From: Pseudomonadota bacterium
Lineage (GTDB): Bacteria > Pseudomonadota > Gammaproteobacteria > Xanthomonadales > Xanthomonadaceae
NCBI GenBank assembly: GCA_025355485.1
Contig: JANXZP010000087.1
Coordinates: 1 to 32,693 of the forward strand
Length of the DNA stretch: 32,693 bases
Reading direction: 5' to 3'
The position numbers and the translations under genes are program-made. Position 1 is the stretch's first letter. The number at the start of each line of letters is the position of its first letter. The notes beneath the pieces were generated by a model that was not told the origin of the DNA, searched no databases, and saw only the letters and a program-made list of their open reading frames with translations. Positions 27,661 to 32,693 of the stretch are shown here, piece after piece.

Positions 27661-28554
27661 ATGGAGTTGGCGCAGTTGAGCACGACCCTTTCAGATTGGC
27701 GCAACGCCGGTGCGTATTTCAAGCACCGCGGGCAGCGCATTTTCTGGCGCGAGGGCGGCGCGGCGGACGCGCCCGCGCTGTTGCTGATCCACGGATTTCC
27801 GACCGCATCGTGGGATTGGGAAGCGTTGTGGCCCGAGCTGGCGGCGCGTTATCGCGTGTTGACGCTGGACCTGATCGGTTTCGGCTTCTCCGACAAGCCG
27901 ATCGACTACGACTATTCGATCCTCGACCAGGCCGATATTTGCGAAGCGTTGCTGCGCGAACGCGGGATTGGTAGCTATCACGTGCTGGCGCACGACTACG
28001 GCGACACCGTCGCGCAGGAGCTGCTCGCGCGAAGTGGCGAACCGGGTCAACGGCCGAAACTTGCGAGCGTGTGCTTCCTCAACGGCGGCCTGTTTCCCGA
28101 AACGCATCGGCCGGTGCTGATCCAGAAGCTGTTGCTGTCGCCGCTCGGCCCGCTGATCGCGCGGCTGACCAACAGCAATGCCGTCGCGCGCAATATGCGC
28201 CGCATCTTCGGACCAGACACACAACCTGATCGGGCGCTGATCGATGCGTTCTGGGAATTGATGACGATGCACGATGGCCTGAAGGTCTTCCCGAACCTGG
28301 TCGGCTACATGCCGGAACGACGGCTGCGGCGTGAGCGCTGGGTGGGTGCGCTGCAAAAGACATCGCTGCCGCTCAAGCTGATCGACGGCATCCACGATCC
28401 GGTTTCCGGTGCGCACATGGTGCGGCGCTACCGCGAAATGGTCGCGCACCCCGACATCACCGAACTGCCGGGCATCGGCCACTACCCGCAACTCGAAGCG
28501 CCGCGCGATGTGCTTGCGTCTTATCTCGACTTCAGGGCGCGATGGCCCGGATAA
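27661..28554 (+). CDS. Alpha/beta-fold hydrolase (epoxide hydrolase/MEST-like)
   Basis: HGFPT oxyanion motif, AHDYG nucleophile elbow and GHYPQLE catalytic His. Start at 27661 (alternative 27631). Confidence 0.88.
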   Translation: MELAQLSTTLSDWRNAGAYFKHRGQRIFWREGGAADAPALLLIHGFPTASWDWEALWPELAARYRVLTLDLIGFGFSDKPIDYDYSILDQADICEALLRERGIGSYHVLAHDYGDTVAQELLARSGEPGQRPKLASVCFLNGGLFPETHRPVLIQKLLLSPLGPLIARLTNSNAVARNMRRIFGPDTQPDRALIDAFWELMTMHDGLKVFPNLVGYMPERRLRRERWVGALQKTSLPLKLIDGIHDPVSGAHMVRRYREMVAHPDITELPGIGHYPQLEAPRDVLASYLDFRARWPG

Positions 28555-28724
28555 CCGCGTCGCATTGCATGCGTGATCTCGCAGCGCGCCGCGTTCAGAC
28601 GATCGGCGGCATGGTGCTGGCTGGATGTTCCTGAAAATTCCGTAATCATTCGGTTCTAGGTTCGCAGGCCGCCGCGCCCGATACTGGCAGTCTGCGCAGC
28701 CGCAGCGTGCCTACCGGTCATTCC

Positions 28725-30737
28725 ATGCAAACCAGATTCTTGTCGAAACCATCCGTGTTGTTCGTTGCGACGCTCTGGCTGTTCGCGTTGTGCCTTGTCG
28801 GCGTCGCGCAGGCCGATCCGCAGCCCAGGCTCACCATCCTGAGCTATCACGAAATCGCCGAAGGTAACGACGCGCTGATACCTGCGTACACGGTGACGCC
28901 GACGAACTTCGTGCGGCAGATGGACTGGCTGAAGAACAATGGCTTCCACTTCGTCGGCATGAACGAGGTGCTGGCCGATTACGCGGGCAAGAAACCGCTG
29001 CCGGACAAGGCCGTGCTGATCACCTTCGACGACGGCTACCAGTCGATGTACGTGCATGCGTTCCCGATCCTCAAGCTGTTCAAGGCGCCGGCGGTGGTCG
29101 CGCTGGTCGGCAGCTGGATGGAAGTTCCCGAAACCGGCAAGGTGAATTTCGACGGGCGTTCGATCCCGCGCACGGCGCTGCTGTCGTGGGACGAATTGCG
29201 CGAAATGACCAGGAGCGGCCTGGTCGAAGTCGCAAGCCACAGCTACGCGCTGCACGAGGGCATCGTGTCGAATCCGCAGGGCAACCTGCAGCCCGCGGCG
29301 ACTGCGCGCCGCTGGATCGCGGAAAAGAAACAGTACGAAGAAGAGGCAAGCTACGCCAAGCGCGTGCGCGAGGACCTGCAGCGCAACAACGAGTTGCTCA
29401 AGAAGCACATCGGCAAGGGGCCGCGCATCATCGTGTGGCCGTACGGACGCTACAACATCGAGACGCGCAGGATCGCCGCCCAGCTCGGCATGCCGATCGG
29501 GCTGACCCTCGACGACGGCGGCAACACCGCCAACACGCCGCTGTACGGGCTGCGCCGCTCGCTGCTCGAGCGCACGATGTCGCTGGCCGACCTCGCGCAG
29601 GAAATCGACTTGCGCAACCGGCCCGAGGACGAGGAAGACGATCGCCCCAGCAAGGTCATGCACATCGACCTCGACTACATCTACGACCCCGATCCGAAGC
29701 AGACCGAGGTCAACCTCGGCCATCTGCTCGACCGCATCATCGCGATGGGCGCGAACACGGTCTACCTGCAGGCGTTCGCGGATCCGGACGCGAACGGCGC
29801 GGCCGATTCGGTGTACTTCCCGAACCGGCATGTGCCGATGCGCGCCGACCTGTTCAATCGCGTCGCCTGGCAGATTTCCACGCGCACGCCGGTTCACCAT
29901 GTGTATGCGTGGATGCCGGCGCTCGCTTGGCAATTGCCCGCGAAGGAACCCGCGGCCAGGGACATGGTCGTCACCCTGCCGAATACCAGCACCGGGCATG
30001 TCGCGATGGGCTATCCGCGGCTGTCGCCGTTCTCGCCGCGCGCGCGCGCGGTGGTACGCGAGATTTACCAGGACCTCGCGCGATCGACGCCGATCGACGG
30101 CGTGCTGTTCCACGACGACGTCACCCTGTCCGACTACGAGGACGCCAGCCCGATGGCGCTCAAGGCCTACAAGGCATGGGGCCTGCCCGATTCGGTCGAG
30201 GCGATCCGCGCGAACGACGATTACCTCGGGCGCTGGACGATCCTGAAGATCAACGCACTCGACAATTTCACCAAGGAACTCGCCCAGGTCGTGCGCGACG
30301 AACAACCCGGCATCCGTACCGCGCGCAACCTGTACGCGAGCGTCGTGCTCAATCCGAAAGCCGAGGTCTGGTATTCGCAGTCGCTCGACAACTCGCTCGC
30401 GAACTACGATTACACCGCGATCATGGCGATGCCGTACATGGAGAACGCGGCCGATCCGATCGCGTTCTACAAACAGCTCGTCGACAAGGTCAAGGAGCAT
30501 CCCGGCGCGATCAGCAAGGTCGTGATGGAGCTGCAGACGGTGGATTGGCGCAAGGACGACGCACCGATCCCGAGTCCGGAAATCGCCGATACGATCCGCA
30601 CGCTGTACGCCATGGGTGTGCAGAACGTCGCCTACTATCCGGACAACGTGTTCAAGAACATCCCCAATCCCGCATCGTTGCGACCGGTGTTCGACAGCAA
30701 ACCGAACAATCCGCTGCCCGTGCCCGTTATCCGATAG
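28725..30737 (+). CDS. pgaB: Poly-beta-1,6-N-acetylglucosamine N-deacetylase / GH153 hydrolase
   Basis: Signal peptide. CE4 motifs LSYHEI, TFDDGY, ASHSYALH and WPYG. C-terminal HIDLDYIYDPDP, NTVYLQAFADP, GVLFHDD and YDYTAIMAMPYME. Confidence 0.93.
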   Translation: MQTRFLSKPSVLFVATLWLFALCLVGVAQADPQPRLTILSYHEIAEGNDALIPAYTVTPTNFVRQMDWLKNNGFHFVGMNEVLADYAGKKPLPDKAVLITFDDGYQSMYVHAFPILKLFKAPAVVALVGSWMEVPETGKVNFDGRSIPRTALLSWDELREMTRSGLVEVASHSYALHEGIVSNPQGNLQPAATARRWIAEKKQYEEEASYAKRVREDLQRNNELLKKHIGKGPRIIVWPYGRYNIETRRIAAQLGMPIGLTLDDGGNTANTPLYGLRRSLLERTMSLADLAQEIDLRNRPEDEEDDRPSKVMHIDLDYIYDPDPKQTEVNLGHLLDRIIAMGANTVYLQAFADPDANGAADSVYFPNRHVPMRADLFNRVAWQISTRTPVHHVYAWMPALAWQLPAKEPAARDMVVTLPNTSTGHVAMGYPRLSPFSPRARAVVREIYQDLARSTPIDGVLFHDDVTLSDYEDASPMALKAYKAWGLPDSVEAIRANDDYLGRWTILKINALDNFTKELAQVVRDEQPGIRTARNLYASVVLNPKAEVWYSQSLDNSLANYDYTAIMAMPYMENAADPIAFYKQLVDKVKEHPGAISKVVMELQTVDWRKDDAPIPSPEIADTIRTLYAMGVQNVAYYPDNVFKNIPNPASLRPVFDSKPNNPLPVPVIR

Positions 30738-30748
30738 GCAGCCGACTC

Positions 30749-32071
30749 GTGCTGACGCTGACCGCGCTGCTCAAGACCGTCTGGCTCGGCCTGCAAGGGT
30801 TCGTGTACTACTACCCGTTGTTCATGTCGTATCTGTGGATGATGGGCGCGGCGTTGTTCTACTGGCGCTATGAGCGGCACGACCCGCCGTTCAACCAGCC
30901 GGTCCCGTTGCCGGGCACGCCGCCGGTCAGCATCTTGATCCCGTGCTTCAACGAAGCCGCGCACGCGGAGGAAACCCTGCTGCATGCGCTCGCGACCGAC
31001 TATCCGGAGTTCGAGGTCATCGCGATCAACGACGGCAGTCGCGACAACACCGGCACCATCCTCGATCGCATGGTGCGCGAGCATCCGCGCTTGCGCGTGG
31101 TGCACCTGGCGCAGAACCAGGGCAAGGCGATGGCATTGCAGGCCGGCAGCCTGCTGGCGAAACACGAGTATCTGATCTGCATCGACGGCGATGCGTTGCT
31201 CGATCCGCATTGCGCGCACTGGATGGTGCGGCATTTCGTCGAGGATCCGGATGTCGCTGCGGTCACCGGCAATCCGCGCATCCGCAATCGCTCGACCCTG
31301 CTCGGGAAAGTGCAGGTCGGCGAATTCTCCTCGATCGTCGGCATGATCAAGCGCGCGCAGCGCAGTTTCGGTCGCCTGTTCACTGTGTCCGGCGTGATCA
31401 CCGCGTTCCGCAAGTCGGCGGTGCATCACGTCGGCTACTGGAGCGCGGACATGCTGACCGAGGACATCGACATCACCTGGAAGCTGCAGCGCGATGGCTG
31501 GGACGTGCGCTTCGAACCGCGCGCGCTGGTCTGGATCCTGATGCCCGAAACATTGCGCGGACTGTGGAAGCAACGCCTGCGCTGGGCCACCGGCGGCGCG
31601 CAGGTGCTGATGAAGAACATCGATGTCGTGCTGCATCCTGCGCAGAACCACCTGTGGCCGCTGCTGCTCGAACTCGTGCTGAGCTTGGTGTGGTCGTATG
31701 CGCTGCTCGCGATGCTGATGCTGTGGCTGGCGGGGTTCGTCATTCCGCACGGCGCGCTGCCCGTGGTCGGATCGCCGCTGATTCCGCAATGGAGCGGGGT
31801 GGTGCTCGGCACGACGTGCCTGCTGCAATTTGCGTTCAGCAAGTGGCTGGACAGCCATTACGACGCTGGCCTGGGCCGCAACTACTACTGGATGATCTGG
31901 TATCCGCTGGTGTTCTGGCTGATCAACATCTTCGCCACCGTGGTCGCCTTCCCGAAAGCGCTGGGTCGCGATGCAGGCAAGCGCGCGCGCTGGGTGAGTC
32001 CCGATCGCGGCGCGCACTTGCGCAAGAAGAAGCAGAAAAAAATCCGCGGCGAGGTCGACGGCCATGCGTGA
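30749..32071 (+). CDS. pgaC: Poly-beta-1,6-N-acetylglucosamine synthase (GT2)
   Basis: GTG start at 30749, inside the 961-aa track ORF. Motifs YYPLFMSYLW, IPCFNE, INDGS, CIDGD, TGNPRIRNRST, TEDID, QRLRW and WVSPDRG. Confidence 0.93.
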   Translation: MLTLTALLKTVWLGLQGFVYYYPLFMSYLWMMGAALFYWRYERHDPPFNQPVPLPGTPPVSILIPCFNEAAHAEETLLHALATDYPEFEVIAINDGSRDNTGTILDRMVREHPRLRVVHLAQNQGKAMALQAGSLLAKHEYLICIDGDALLDPHCAHWMVRHFVEDPDVAAVTGNPRIRNRSTLLGKVQVGEFSSIVGMIKRAQRSFGRLFTVSGVITAFRKSAVHHVGYWSADMLTEDIDITWKLQRDGWDVRFEPRALVWILMPETLRGLWKQRLRWATGGAQVLMKNIDVVLHPAQNHLWPLLLELVLSLVWSYALLAMLMLWLAGFVIPHGALPVVGSPLIPQWSGVVLGTTCLLQFAFSKWLDSHYDAGLGRNYYWMIWYPLVFWLINIFATVVAFPKALGRDAGKRARWVSPDRGAHLRKKKQKKIRGEVDGHA

Positions 32072-32495
32072 GCGGATGATCATCAATGCGCGCAGCGACC
32101 TGAGCTGGCGGCGCAGGCTGTTGTCGGACGTGGTGACCGCTGCGATGTGGGCGTTCTGGATCCTGTTGTGGCTGCCGGTGTTCCGCAAGCTCTACCACGT
32201 GATCCGATTGCACGAAGGGCTCGCGAGGGGCGCGATCCAGGTGTTCCGGACCATCACGCCGATTTCGCTCACGCATTCGAGCATCGCCCTGCTCGGCACC
32301 TGCGCGCTGCTGCTGCTGTGGACGCTGCTGCCGACGCGGCGCCTCACCCATGCCCACGACGCGCAGACGCTCGATGATTACGCCGAGTATTTCGAGCTCG
32401 ACGAGGGCGAGATCCTCGCCGGTCGCGACAGCCGCATCTGCGTGGTGCGCCACGATGAACACGGCAATATCGAGGGCATCGAGCCGCGAGATTGA
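32064..32495 (+). CDS. pgaD: PNAG biosynthesis protein PgaD
   Basis: Overlaps the pgaC stop. 143 aa with two TM helices (TAAMWAFWILLWLP...) and a C-terminal A.YF.L...VVRHDEHGNI pattern. Confidence 0.82.
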   Translation: MRERMIINARSDLSWRRRLLSDVVTAAMWAFWILLWLPVFRKLYHVIRLHEGLARGAIQVFRTITPISLTHSSIALLGTCALLLLWTLLPTRRLTHAHDAQTLDDYAEYFELDEGEILAGRDSRICVVRHDEHGNIEGIEPRD

Positions 32496-32693
32496 AGGTC
32501 ATCGCCACGTGATCAGCGTGAGTGTCCAGTCAGAACCCGATTGGAGCACCGGCCAGCAGTGATTGACGCTTCGGTGTTGATCAATTTGGATGTCGCAAAT
32601 CGACCATTTGTGTACATTCGTTCGTCACGCCTGCTGAGTCGCGTAATTGACAGGCGCCACCGCGCAACTGACCATTCATCATGTGGTTCCTAA

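Noticed and set aside
29186..32071. 961-aa ORF suggesting a PgaC with a long N-terminal extension
   Set aside because: The first ~520 codons are an Arg/Ala-rich alternative frame of pgaB. PgaC similarity starts at the GTG at 30749.
32525..32537. 13-bp inverted match (tccagtcagaacc) to 5431-5443 as element ends
   Set aside because: Several 13-bp matches are expected by chance in 32 kb, and there is no supporting transposase or target duplication.

Overview
GC-rich proteobacterial chromosomal window, probably Xanthomonadales/Rhodanobacteraceae-like (an impression from the protein sequences, not verified). From left to right: (1) the 3' part of a DUF11-repeat/SdrD-B-like surface protein, overlapping a 1205-aa probable outer-membrane beta-barrel gene; (2) an AT-richer junction with AATTCCCTGCA repeats and a tRNA-like CCACCA end, a possible island boundary; (3) an accessory block (about 5.5-24 kb) with a 2896-aa cyclic beta-1,2-glucan synthase (GT84/cyclisation/GH94), phosphoglucomutase, phosphoketolase and acetate kinase, a convergent signal-less GH144-type beta-1,2-glucanase, four small hypothetical genes and a Crp/Fnr regulator; (4) a PadR/membrane protein pair with an apparently leaderless promoter; (5) a HI0933/YhiN flavoprotein whose 3' end is duplicated around a YCII-like gene; (6) an alpha/beta hydrolase; (7) pgaB-pgaC-pgaD with no pgaA in the window. 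The best candidate for an undescribed system is a beta-1,2-glucan store coupled to phosphoketolase/acetate kinase ATP generation. A non-canonical Crp-like box (NGTGCG-N4-CGMACA-GAC) lies at exactly -41.5 in two promoters flanking that block. All family calls come from motif recognition only; no searches were run.
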